Assembly: GCA_964016885.1 (NCBI GenBank)
Contig: CAXHJY010000096.1
Coordinates: 1,550,001-1,614,000, forward strand
Reading direction: 5' to 3'
DNA: 64,000 bases
Origin: Eledone cirrhosa
Taxonomy: Eukaryota
Both the position numbers and the translations under genes were made by a program. Position 1 is the stretch's first letter; every line of letters starts with the position of its first letter. Shown piece by piece: positions 25,101-38,500 of the stretch. Under the pieces are notes generated by a model that did not search any database, was not told the origin of the DNA, and saw nothing but the letters and a program-made list of their open reading frames with translations.

Positions 25101-26489
25101 TCCAAGGAGAGATAATTTAAAAAAAAATCAGGCGGAGATAATTTGTAAAAAAAAATCAGGGGGAGATAATTTGTAAAAAAAATCAGGGGGAGATAATTTG
25201 TAAAAAAAAATCAGGGGTAGATAATTTGTAAAAAAAATCAGGGGGAGATAATTTGTAAAAAAAAATCAGGGGGAGATAATTTGTAAAAAAAATCAAGGGG
25301 AGATAATTTCCAGCCGTCCAAGGAGAGATAATTTTAAAAAAAATCAGGCGGAGATAATTTGTAAAAAAAAATTAGGGGGAGATAATTTGTAAAAAAAAAT
25401 CAGGGGGAGATAATTTGTAAAAAAAATCAAGGGGAGATAATTTCCAGCCGTCCAAGGGGAGATAATTTTTAGCCGTCCAAGGGGAGATAATTTCCCGCCA
25501 GCCAAGGGAAGATAATATTCAAAAAAATCAGGCGGAGATAATTTGTAAAAAAAATCAGGGGGAGATAATTTGTAAAAAAATCAGGGGGAGATAATTTGTA
25601 AAAAAAAAAATCAGGGGGAGATAATTTGTAAAAAAAATCAGGGGGAGATAATTTGTAAAAAAAAATCAGGGGTAGATAATTTGTAAAAAAAAATCAGGGG
25701 GAGATAATTTGTAAAAAAAAATCAGGGGGAGATAATTTGTAAAAAAAATGAAAGGGGAGATAATATCCAGCCGTCCAAGGGGAGATAATTTCCAGCCGTC
25801 CAAGGGGAGATAATTTCCAGCCGTCCAAGGGGAGATAATTTCCATCCTTCCAAGGGGATATAATTTCCAGCCGTCCAAGGGGAGATAATTTCCATCCTTC
25901 CAAGGGGATATAATTTCCAGCCGTCCAAGGGGAGATAATTTTCAGCCGTCCAAGGAGAGGTAATTTCTAGCCGTCCAAGGAGAGATAATTTCCAGCCGTC
26001 CAAGGGGAGATAATTTCCAGCCGTCCAAGGGGAGATAATTTCCAGCCGTCCAAGGAGACATATTTTCCAGCCGTCCAAGGAGAGGTAATTCCTAGCCGTC
26101 CAAGGGGAGATAAATTCCAGCCTCCAAGGGGAGATAATTTCCAGCCAGCCAAGGGGAGATAATTTGTAAAAAAAATCAGGGGGAGATAATTTGTAAAAAA
26201 AATCAGGGGGAGATAATTTGTAAAAAAAAATCAGGGGGAGATAATTTGTAAAAAATAATCAGGGGGAGATAATTTGTAAAAAAAATCAAGGGGAGATAAT
26301 TTCCAGCCGTCCAAGGGGAGATAATTTTCAGCCGTCCAAGGGGAGATAATTTCCCGCCAGCCAAGGGAAGATAATATTTAAAAAAATTAGGCGGAGATAA
26401 TTTGTAAAAAAAATCAGGGGGAGATAATTTGTAAAAAAATCAGGGGGAGATAATTTGTAAAAAAAATCAGGGGGAGATAATTTGTAAAA

Positions 26490-28190
26490 AAAATCAGGGG
26501 GAGATAATTTGTAAAAAAAAATCAGGGGGAGATAATTTGTAAAAAAAATCAAGGGGAGATAATTTCCAGCCGTCCAAGGGAAGATAATTTCCAGCCCTCC
26601 AAGGGGCTATAATTTCCAGCGTCCAAGGGGAGATAATTTCCAGCCAGCGAAGGGGAGATAATTTTTTAAAAAAAATCATTGGGAGATTTGTAAAAAAATC
26701 AGGGGGAGATAATTTGTAAAAAAAATCAAGGGGAGATAATTTCCAGCCGTCCAAGGGGAGGTAATATCTAGCCGTCCAAGGGGTGATAATTTCCAGCCGT
26801 CCAAGGGGAGATAATTTCCAGCCGTCCAAGGGTAGATAATATCCAGCCGTCCAAGGACATATTTTCCAGCCGTCCAAGGAGAGGTAATTTCTAGCCGTCC
26901 AAGGGGAGATAAATTCCAGCCTCCAAGGTGAGATAATTTCCAGCCAGCCAAGGGGAGATAATTTGTAAAAAAATCAGGGGGAGATAATTTGTAAAAAAAA
27001 TCAGGGGGAGATAATTTGTAAAAAAAAATCAGGGGGAGATAATTTGTAAAAAAAATCAAGGGGAGATAATTTCCAGCCGTCCAAGGGGAGATAATTTTCA
27101 GCCGTCCAAGGGGAGATAATTTCCCGCCAGCCAAGGGAAGATAATATTTAAAAAAATCAGGCGGAGATAATTTGTAAAAAAAATCAGGGGGAGATAATTT
27201 GTAAAAAAATCAGGGGGAGATAATTTGTAAAAAAAAAATCAGGGGGAGATAATTTGTAAAAAAAATCAGGGGGAGATAATTTGTAAAAAAAAATCAGGGG
27301 TAGATGAATTGTAAAAAAAAATCAGGGGGAGATAATTTGTAAAAAAAATCAGGGGGAGATAATTTGTAAAAAAAATGAAAGGGGAGGTAATATCCAGCCG
27401 TCCAAGGGGAGATAATTTCCAGCCGTCCAAGGGGAGATAATTTCCAGCCGTCCAAGGGGAGATAATTTCCATCCTTCCAAGGGGATATAATTTCCAGCCG
27501 TCCAAGGGGAGATAATTTCCCGCCAGCCAAGGGAAGATAATATTTAAAAAAATTAGGCGGAGATAATTTGTAAAAAAAATCAGGGGGAGATAATTTGTAA
27601 AAAATCAGGGGGAGATAATTTGTAAAAAAAATCAGGGGGAGATAATTTGTAAAAAAAATCATGGGGAGATAATTTGTAAAAAAAAATCAGGGGTAGATAA
27701 TTTGTAAAAAAAAATCAGGGGGAGATAATTTGTAAAAAAAAATCAGGGGGAGATAATTTGTAAAAAAAATCAAGGGGAGATAATTTCCAGCCGTCCAAGG
27801 GGAGATAATTTTCAGCCGTCCAAGGAGAGGTAATTTCTAGCCGTCCAAGGGGAGATAATTTCCAGCCGTCCAAGGGGAGGTAATTTCCAGCCGTCCAAGG
27901 GGAGATAATTTTAAAAAAAAAATCAGGCGGAGATAATTTGTAAAAAAAATCAAGGGGAGATAATTTGCAGCCGTCCAAGGGGAGATAATTTTCAGTCGTC
28001 CAAGGAGAGGTAATTTCTAGCCGTCCAAGGGGAGATAATTGCCAGCCGTCCAAGGGGAGATAATTTCCAGCCGTCCAAGGGGAGATAATTTTTTTTTAAA
28101 AATCAGGCGGAGATAATTTGTAAAAAAAATCAGGGGGAGATAATTTGTAAACAAAATCAGGGGGAGATAATTTGTAAAAAAAAATCAGGG
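26490..28190 (+). repeat. Duplicate of about 11,250-12,950 (offset 15,239)
   Basis: Private variants GGGGTGATAA (11541/~26780) and GTAGATGAAT (12061/27300). ORF pairs 11255/26494 and 12027/27266. Confidence 0.88.
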
Positions 28191-31100
28191 GGAGATAATT
28201 TGTAAAAAAAATCATGGAGAGATAATTTCCAGCCGTCCAAGGGGAGATAATTTCCAGCCTTCCAAGGAGACATATTTTCCAGCCGTCCAAGGCGAGGTAA
28301 TTTCTAGCCGTCCAAGGGGAGATAAATTCCAGCCTCCAAGGGGAGATAATTTCCAGCCAGCCAAGTGGAGATAATTTGTAAAAAAATCAGGAGGAGATAA
28401 TTTGTAAAAAATATCAGGGAGATAATTTGTAAAAAAAAATCAGGGGGAGATAATTTGTAAAAAAAATCAGGGGGAGATAATTTGTAAAAAAAAATCAGGG
28501 GGAGATAATTTGTAAAAAAAATCAAGGGGAGATAATTTCCAGCCGTCCAAGGGGAGATAATTTTCAGCCGTCCAAGGGGAGATAATTTCCCACCAGCCAA
28601 GGGAAGATAATATTTAAAAAAATCAGGCGGAGATAATTTGTAAAAAAAATCAGGGGGAGATAATTTGTAAAAAAATCAGGGGGAGATAATTTGTAAAAAA
28701 AAAATCAGGGGGAGATAATTTGTAAAAAAAATCAGGGGGAGATAATTTGTAAAAAAAAATCAGGGGTAGATAATTTGTAAACAAATATCAGGGGGAGATA
28801 ATTTGTAAAAAAAAATCAGGGGGAGATAATTTGTAAAAAAAATGAAAGGGGAGATAATATCCAGCCGTCCAAGGGGAGATAATTTCCAGCCGTCCAAGGG
28901 GATATAATTTCCAGCCGTCCAAGGGGAGATAATTTCCATCCTTCCAAGGGGATATAATTTCCAGCCGTCCAAGGGGAGATAATTTCCCGCCAGCCAAGGG
29001 AAGATAATTTTTAAAAAAATCAGGCGGAGATTGTAAAAAAAATCAGGGGGGAGATAATTTGTAAAAAAATCAGGGGGAGATAATTTGTAAAAAATAATCA
29101 GGGGGAGATAATTTGTAAAAAAATTCAAGGGGAGATAATTTCCAGCCGTCCAAGGGGAGATAATTTCCCGCCAGCCAAGGGAAGATAATATTTAAAAAAA
29201 TCAGGCGGAGATTGTAAAAAAAATCAGGGGGGAGATAATTTGTAAAAAAATCAGGGGGAGATAATTTGTAAAAAAAATCAGGGGGAGATAATTTGTAAAA
29301 AAATCAGGGGGAGATAATTTGTAAAAAAAATCAGGGGGAGATAATTTGTAAAAAAAATCATGGGGAGATAATTTGTAAAAAGAAATCAGGGGTAGATAAT
29401 TTGTAAAAAAAAATCAGGGGGAGATAATTTGTAAAAAAAAATCAGGGGGAGATAATTTGTAAAAAAAATCAAGGGGAGATAATATCCAGCCGTCCAAGGA
29501 GAGATAATTTTAAAAAAAAATGAGGCGGAGATAATTTGTAAAAAAAAAATCAGGGGGAGTTAATTTGTAAAAAAAAATGAGGGGGAGATAATTTGTAAAA
29601 AAATCAAGGGGAGATAATTTCCAGCCGTCCAAGGGGAGATAATTTTCAGCCGTCCAAGGAGAGGTAATTTCTAGCCGTCCAAGGGGAGATAATTTCCAGC
29701 CGTCCAAGGGGAGGTAATTTCCAGCCGTCCAAGGGGAGATAATTTTAAAAAAAAAATCAGGCGGAGATAATTTGTAAAAAAAATCAAGGGGAGATAATTT
29801 GCAGCCGTCCAAGGGGAGATAATTTTCAGTCGTCCAAGGAGAGGTAATTTCTAGCCGTCCAAGGGGAGATAATTTCCAGCCGTCCAAGGGGAGATAATTT
29901 CCAGCCGTCCAAGGGGAGATAATTTTTTTTAAAAAATCAGGCGGAGATAATTTGTAAAAAAAATCAGGGGGAGATAATTTGTAAACAAAATCAGGGGGAG
30001 ATAATTTGTAAAAAAAAATCAGGGGGAGATAATTTGTAAAAAAAATTAGGCGTAGATAATTTGTAAAAAAAAATCAGGGGGAGATAATTTGTAAAAAAAA
30101 ATCAGGGGGAGATAATTTGTTTTAAAAATCAAGGGGAGATAATTTGCAGCCGTCCAAGGGGAGATAATTTTCAGCCGTCCAAGGAGAGGTAATTTCTAGC
30201 CGTTCAAGGGGAGATAATTTCCAGCCGTCCAAGGGGAGATAATTTCCAGCCGTCCAAGGGGAGATAATTTTTTTTTAAAAATCAGGCGGAGATAATTTGT
30301 AAAAAAAAATCAGGGGGAGATAATTCGTAAAAAAAAATCAGGGGGAGATAATTTGTAAAAAAAAATCAGGGGGAGATAATTTGTAAAAAAAATCAAGGGG
30401 AGATAATTTCCAGCCGTCCAAGGGGAGGTAATATCTAGCCGTCCAAGGGGAGATAATTTCCAGCCGTCCAAGGGGAGATAATTTCCAGCCGTCCAAGGGG
30501 AGATAATTTCCAGCCGTCCAAGGAGACATATTTTCCAGCCGTCCAAGGCGAGGTAATTTCTAGCCGTCCAAGGGGAGATAAATTCCAGCCTCCAAGGGGA
30601 GATAATTTCCAGCCAGCCAAGGGGAGATAATTTGTAAAAAAATCAGGGGGAGATAATTTGTAAAAAATATCAGGGAGATAATTTGTAAAAAAAAATCAGG
30701 GGGAGATAATTTGTAAAAAAAATCAGGGGGAGATAATTTGTAAAAAAAAATCAGGGGGAGATAATTTGTAAAAAAAATCAAGGGGAGATAATTTCCAGCC
30801 GTCCAAGGGGAGATAATTTTCAGCCGTCCAAAGAGAGGTAATTTCTAACCGTCCGAGGAGAGATAATTTCCAGCCGTCCAAGGGGAGATAATTTCCAGCC
30901 GTCCAAGGGGAGATAATTTCCAGCCGTCCAAGGAGACATATTTTCCAGCCGTCCAAGGAGAGGTAATTTCTAGCCGTCCAAGGGGAGATAAATTCCAGCC
31001 TCCAAGGGGAGATAATTTCCAGCCAGCCAAATGGAGATAATTTGTAAAAAAATCAGGGGGAGATAATTTGCAAAAAAAATCAGGGGGAGATAATTTGTAA

Positions 31101-34100
31101 AAAATAATCAGGGGGAGATAATTTCCAGCCGTCCAAGGGGAGATAATTTAAAAAAAAATCAGGCGGAGATAATTTGTAAAAAAAAATCAGGGGGAGATAA
31201 TTTGTAAAAAAAAATCAGGGGGAGATAATTTGTAAAAAAAATCAAGGGGAGATAATTTCCAGCCGTCCAAGGGAAGATAATTTCCAGCCCTCCAAGGGGC
31301 TATAATTTCCAGTGTCCAAGGGGAGATAATTTCCAGCCAGCGAAGGGGAGATAATTTTTTTTTAAAAATCATTGGGAGATTTGTAAAAAAAATCAGGGGG
31401 AGATAATTTGTAAAAAAAATCAAGGGGAGATAATTTCCAGCCGTCCAAGGGGAGGTAATATCTAGCCGTCCAAGGGGAGATAATTTCCAGCCGTCCAAGG
31501 GGAGATAATTTCCAGCCGTCCCAGGGTAGATAATATCCAGCCGCCCAAGGACATATTTTCCAGCCGTCCAAGGAGAGGTAATTTCTAGCCGTCCAAGGGG
31601 AGATAAATTCCAGCCTCCAAGGGGAGATAATTTCCAGCCAGCCAAGGGGAGATAATTTGTAAAAAAATCAGGGGGAGATAATTTGTAAAAAAAATCAGGG
31701 GGAGATAATTTGTAAAAAAAAATCAGGGGGAGATAATTTGTAAAAAAAAATCAGGGGGAGATAATTTGCAAAAAAAATCAGGGGGAGATAATTTGTAAAA
31801 AAAAATCAGGGGTAGATAATTTGTAAAAAAAAATCAGGGGGAGATAATTTGTAAAAAAAAATCAGGGGGAGATAATTTGTAAAAAAAATCAAGGGGAGAT
31901 AATTTCCAGCCGTCCAAGGAGAGATAATTTAAAAAAAAATCAGGCGGAGATAATTTGTAAAAAAAAATCAGGGGGAGATAATTTGTAAAAAAAATCAGGG
32001 GGAGATAATTTGTAAAAAAAAATCAGGGGTAGATAATTTGTAAAAAAAATCAGGGGGAGATAATTTGTAAAAAAAAATCAGGGGGAGATAATTTGTAAAA
32101 AAAATCAAGGGGAGATAATTTCCAGCCGTCCAAGGAGAGATAATTTAAAAAAAAATCAGGCGGAGATAATTTGTAAAAAAAAATTAGGGGGAGATAATTT
32201 GTAAAAAAAAATCAGGGGGAGATAATTTGTAAAAAAAATCAAGGGGAGATAATTTCCAGCCGTCCAAGGGGAGATAATTTTTAGCCGTCCAAGGGGAGAT
32301 AATTTCCCGCCAGCCAAGGGAAGATAATATTCAAAAAAATCAGGCGGAGATAATTTGTAAAAAAAATCAGGGGGAGATAATTTGTAAAAAAATCAGGGGG
32401 AGATAATTTGTAAAAAAAAAAATCAGGGGGAGATAATTTGTAAAAAAAATCAGGGGGAGATAATTTGTAAAAAAAAATCAGGGGTAGATAATTTGTAAAA
32501 AAAAATCAGGGGGAGATAATTTGTAAAAAAAAATCAGGGGGAGATAATTTGTAAAAAAAATGAAAGGGGAGATAATATCCAGCCGTCCAAGGGGAGATAA
32601 TTTCCAGCCGTCCAAGGGGAGATAATTTCCAGCCGTCCAAGGGGAGATAATTTCCATCCTTCCAAGGGGATATAATTTCCAGCCGTCCAAGGGGAGATAA
32701 TTTCCATCCTTCCAAGGGGATATAATTTCCAGCCGTCCAAGGGGAGATAATTTTCAGCCGTCCAAGGAGAGGTAATTTCTAGCCGTCCAAGGAGAGATAA
32801 TTTCCAGCCGTCCAAGGGGAGATAATTTCCAGCCGTCCAAGGGGAGATAATTTCCAGCCGTCCAAGGAGACATATTTTCCAGCCGTCCAAGGAGAGGTAA
32901 TTCCTAGCCGTCCAAGGGGAGATAAATTCCAGCCTCCAAGGGGAGATAATTTCCAGCCAGCCAAGGGGAGATAATTTGTAAAAAAAATCAGGGGGAGATA
33001 ATTTGTAAAAAAAATCAGGGGGAGATAATTTGTAAAAAAAAATCAGGGGGAGATAATTTGTAAAAAATAATCAGGGGGAGATAATTTGTAAAAAAAATCA
33101 AGGGGAGATAATTTCCAGCCGTCCAAGGGGAGATAATTTTCAGCCGTCCAAGGGGAGATAATTTCCCGCCAGCCAAGGGAAGATAATATTTAAAAAAATT
33201 AGGCGGAGATAATTTGTAAAAAAAATCAGGGGGAGATAATTTGTAAAAAAATCAGGGGGAGATAATTTGTAAAAAAAATCAGGGGGAGATAATTTGTAAA
33301 AAAAAATCAGGGGGAGATAATTTGTAAAAAAAATCAAGGGGAGATAATTTCCAGCCGTCCAAGGGAAGATAATTTCCAGCCCTCCAAGGGGCTATAATTT
33401 CCAGCGTCCAAGGGGAGATAATTTCCAGCCAGCGAAGGGGAGATAATTTTTTTTAAAAAATCATTGGGAGATTTGTAAAAAAAATCAGGGGGAGATAATT
33501 TGTAAAAAAAATCAAGGGGAGATAATTTCCAGCCGTCCAAGGGGAGGTAATATCTAGCCGTCCAAGGGGAGATAATTTCCAGCCGTCCAAGGGGAGATAA
33601 TTTCCAGCCGTCCAAGGGTAGATAATATCCAGCCGTCCAAGGACATATTTTCCAGCCGTCCAAGGAGAGGTAATTTCTAGCCGTCCAAGGGGAGATAAAT
33701 TCCAGCCTCCAAGGTGAGATAATTTCCAGCCAGCCAAGGGGAGATAATTTGTAAAAAAATCAGGGGGAGATAATTTGTAAAAAAAATCAGGGGGAGATAA
33801 TTTGTAAAAAAAAATCAGGGGGAGATAATTTGTAAAAAAAAATCAGGGGGAGATAATTTGTAAAAAAAAATCAGGGGGAGATAATTTGTAAAAAAATCAA
33901 GGGGAGATAATTTCCAGCCGTCCAAGGGGAGATAATTTTCAGCCGTCCAAGGGGAGATAATTTCCCGCCAGCCAAGGGAAGATAATATTTGAAAAAATCA
34001 GGCGGAGATAATTTGTAAAAAAAATCAGGGGGAGATAATTTGTAAAAAAATCAGGGGGAGATAATTTGTAAAAAAAAAATCAGGGGGAGATAATTTGTAA

Positions 34101-34529
34101 AAAGAATCAGGGGGAGATAATTTGTAAAAAAAAATCAGGGGTAGATAAATTGTAAAAAAAAATCAGGGGGAGATAATTTGTAAAAAAAATCAGGGGGAGA
34201 TAATTTGTAAAAAAAATGAAAGGGGAGATAATATCCAGCCGTCCAAGGGGAGATAATTTCCAGCCGTCCAAGGGGAGATAATTTCCAGCCGTCCAAGGGG
34301 AGATAATTTCCATCCTTCCAAGGGGATATAATTTCCAGCCGTCCAAGGGGAGATAATTTCCCGCCAGCCAAGGGAAGATAATATTTAAAAAAATTAGGCG
34401 GAGATAATTTGTAAAAAAAATCAGGGGGAGATAATTTGTAAAAAATCAGGGGGAGATAATTTGTAAAAAAAATCAGGGGGAGATAATTTGTAAAAAAAAT
34501 CATGGGGAGATAATTTGTAAAAAAAAATC

Positions 34530-35530
34530 AGGGGTAGATAATTTGTAAAAAAAATCAGGGGGAGATAATTTGTAAAAAAAAATCAGGGGGAGATAATTTG
34601 TAAAAAAAATCAAGGGGAGATAATTTCCAGCCGTCCAAGGGGAGATAATTTTCAGCCGTCCAAGGAGAGGTAATTTCTAGCCGTCCAAGGGGAGATAATT
34701 TCCAGCCGTCCAAGGGGAGGTAATTTCCAGCCGTCCAAGGGGAGATAATTTTAAAAAAAAAATCAGGCGGAGATAATTTGTAAAAAAAATCAAGGGGAGA
34801 TAATTTGCAGCCGTCCAAGGGGAGATAATTTTCAGTCGTCCAAGGAGAGGTAATTTCTAGCCGTCCAAGGGGAGATAATTGCCAGCCGTCCAAGGGGAGA
34901 TAATTTCCAGCCGTCCAAGGGGAGATAATTTTTTTTTAAAAATCAGGCGGAGATAATTTGTAAAAAAAATCAGGGGGAGATAATTTGTAAACAAAATCAG
35001 GGGGAGATAATTTGTAAAAAAAAATCAGGGGTAGATAATTTGTAAAAAAAAATCAGGGGGAGATAATTTGTAAAAAAAAATCAGGGGGAGATAATTTGTA
35101 AAAAAAATCAAGGGGAGATAATTTCCAGCCGTCCAAGGGGAGATAATTTTCAGCCGTCCAAGGAGAGGTAATTTCTAGCCGTCCAAGGGGAGAGAATTTC
35201 CAGCCGTCCAAGGGGAGGTAATTTCCAGCCGTCCAAGGGGAGATAATTTAAAAAAAAAAATCAGGCGGAGATAATTTGTAAAAAAAATCAAGGGGAGATA
35301 ATTTGCAGCCGTCCAAGGGGAGATAATTTTCAGTCGTCCAAGGAGAGGTAATTTCTAGCCGTCCAAGGGGAGATAATTGCCAGCCGTCCAAGGGGAGATA
35401 ATTTCCAGCCGTCGAAGGGGAGATAATTTTTTTTAAAAAATCAGGCGGAGATAATTTGTAAAAAAAATCAGGGGGAGATAATTTGTAAACAAAATCAGGG
35501 GGAGATAATTTGTAAAAAAAAATCAGGGGG
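34530..35530 (+). repeat. Local tandem duplication of about 498 bp
   Basis: TTTGCAGCC at 34807/35305 and GTAAACAAAA at 34987/35485. It accounts for most of the difference between the 7,314 and 6,812 periods. Confidence 0.85.
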
Positions 35531-38500
35531 AGATAATTTGTAAAAAAAATCATGGAGAGATAATTTCCAGCCGTCCAAGGGGAGATAATTTCCAGCCTTC
35601 CAAGGAGACATATTTTCCAGCCGTCCAAGGCGAGGTAATTTCTAGCCGTCCAAGGGGAGATAAATTCCAGCCAGCCAAGTGGAGATAATTTGTAAAAAAA
35701 TCAGGAGGAGATAATTTGTAAAAAATATCAGGGAGATAATTTGTAAAAAAAAATCAGGGGGAGATAATTTGTAAAAAAAATCAGGGGGAGATAATTTGTA
35801 AAAAAAAATCAGGGGGAGATAATTTGTAAAAAAAATCAAGGGGAGATAATTTCCAGCCGTCCAAGGGGAGATAATTTTCAGCCGTCCAAGGGGAGATAAT
35901 TTCCCGCCAGCCAAGGGAAGATAATATTTAAAAAAATCAGGCGGAGATAATTTGTAAAAAAAATCAGGGGGAGATAATTTGTAAAAAAATCAGGGGGAGA
36001 TAATTTGTAAAAAAAAAATCAGGGGGAGATAATTTGTAAAAAAAATCAGGGGGAGATAATTTGTAAAAAAAAATCAGGGGTAGATAATTTGTAAACAAAT
36101 ATCAGGGGGAGATAATTTGTAAAAAAAAATCAGGGGGAGATAATTTGTAAAAAAAATGAAAGGGGAGATAATATCCAGCCGTCCAAGGGGAGATAATTTC
36201 CAGCCGTCCAAGGGGATATAATTTCCAGCCGTCCAAGGGGAGATAATTTCCATCCTTCCAAGGGGATATAATTTCCAGCCGTCCAAGGGGAGATAATTTC
36301 CCGCCAGCCAAGGGAAGATAATTTTTAAAAAAATCAGGCGGAGATTGTAAAAAAAATCAGGGGGGAGATAATTTGTAAAAAAATCAGGGGGAGATAATTT
36401 GTAAAAAATAATCAGGGGGAGATAATTTGTAAAAAAATTCAAGGGGAGATAATTTCCAGCCGTCCAAGGGGAGATAATTTCCCGCCAGCCAAGGGAAGAT
36501 AATATTTAAAAAAATCAGGCGGAGATTGTAAAAAAAATCAGGGGGGAGATAATTTGTAAAAAAATCAGGGGGAGATAATTTGTAAAAAAAATCAGGGGGA
36601 GATAATTTGTAAAAAAATCAGGGGGAGATAATTTGTAAAAAAAATCAGGGGGAGATAATTTGTAAAAAAAATCATGGGGAGATAATTTGTAAAAAGAAAT
36701 CAGGGGTAGATAATTTGTAAAAAAAAATCAGGGGGAGATAATTTGTAAAAAAAAATCAGGGGGAGATAATTTGTAAAAAAAATCAAGGGGAGATAATATC
36801 CAGCCGTCCAAGGAGAGATAATTTTAAAAAAAAATGAGGCGGAGATAATTTGTAAAAAAAAAATCAGGGGGAGTTAATTTGTAAAAAAAAATGAGGGGGA
36901 GATAATTTGTAAAAAAATCAAGGGGAGATAATTTCCAGCCGTCCAAGGGGAGATAATTTTCAGCCGTCCAAGGAGAGGTAATTTCTAGCCGTCCAAGGGG
37001 AGATAATTTCCAGCCGTCCAAGGGGAGGTAATTTCCAGCCGTCCAAGGGGAGATAATTTTAAAAAAAAAATCAGGCGGAGATAATTTGTAAAAAAAATCA
37101 AGGGGAGATAATTTGCAGCCGTCCAAGGGGAGATAATTTTCAGTCGTCCAAGGAGAGGTAATTTCTAGCCGTCCAAGGGGAGATAATTTCCAGCCGTCCA
37201 AGGGGAGATAATTTCCAGCCGTCCAAGGGGAGATAATTTTTTTTAAAAAATCAGGCGGAGATAATTTGTAAAAAAAATCAGGGGGAGATAATTTGTAAAC
37301 AAAATCAGGGGGAGATAATTTGTAAAAAAAAATCAGGGGGAGATAATTTGTAAAAAAAATTAGGCGTAGATAATTTGTAAAAAAAAATCAGGGGGAGATA
37401 ATTTGTAAAAAAAAATCAGGGGGAGATAATTTGTTTAAAAAATCAAGGGGAGATAATTTGCAGCCGTCCAAGGGGAGATAATTTTCAGCCGTCCAAGGAG
37501 AGGTAATTTCTAGCCGTTCAAGGGGAGATAATTTCCAGCCGTCCAAGGGGAGATAATTTCCAGCCGTCCAAGGGGAGATAATTTTTTTTTAAAAATCAGG
37601 CGGAGATAATTTGTAAAAAAAAATCAGGGGGAGATAATTCGTAAAAAAAAATCAGGGGGAGATAATTTGTAAAAAAAAATCAGGGGGAGATAATTTGTAA
37701 AAAAAATCAAGGGGAGATAATTTCCAGCCGTCCAAGGGGAGGTAATATCTAGCCGTCCAAGGGGAGATAATTTCCAGCCGTCCAAGGGGAGATAATTTCC
37801 AGCCGTCCAAGGGGAGATAATTTCCAGCCGTCCAAGGAGACATATTTTCCAGCCGTCCAAGGCGAGGTAATTTCTAGCCGTCCAAGGGGAGATAAATTCC
37901 AGCCTCCAAGGGGAGATAATTTCCAGCCAGCCAAGGGGAGATAATTTGTAAAAAAATCAGGGGGAGATAATTTGTAAAAAATATCAGGGAGATAATTTGT
38001 AAAAAAAAATCAGGGGGAGATAATTTGTAAAAAAAATCAGGGGGAGATAATTTGTAAAAAAAAATCAGGGGGAGATAATTTGTAAAAAAAATCAAGGGGA
38101 GATAATTTCCAGCCGTCCAAGGGGAGATAATTTTCAGCCGTCCAAAGAGAGGTAATTTCTAACCGTCCGAGGAGAGATAATTTCCAGCCGTCCAAGGGGA
38201 GATAATTTCCAGCCGTCCAAGGAGACATATTTTCCAGCCGTCCAAGGAGAGGTAATTTCTAGCCGTCCAAGGGGAGATAAATTCCAGCCTCCAAGGGGAG
38301 ATAATTTCCAGCCAGCCAAATGGAGATAATTTGTAAAAAAATCAGGGGGAGATAATTTGCAAAAAAAATCAGGGGGAGATAATTTGTAAAAAATAATCAG
38401 GGGGAGATAATTTCCAGCCGTCCAAGGGGAGATAATTTAAAAAAAAATCAGGCGGAGATAATTTGTAAAAAAAAATCAGGGGGAGATAATTTGTAAAAAA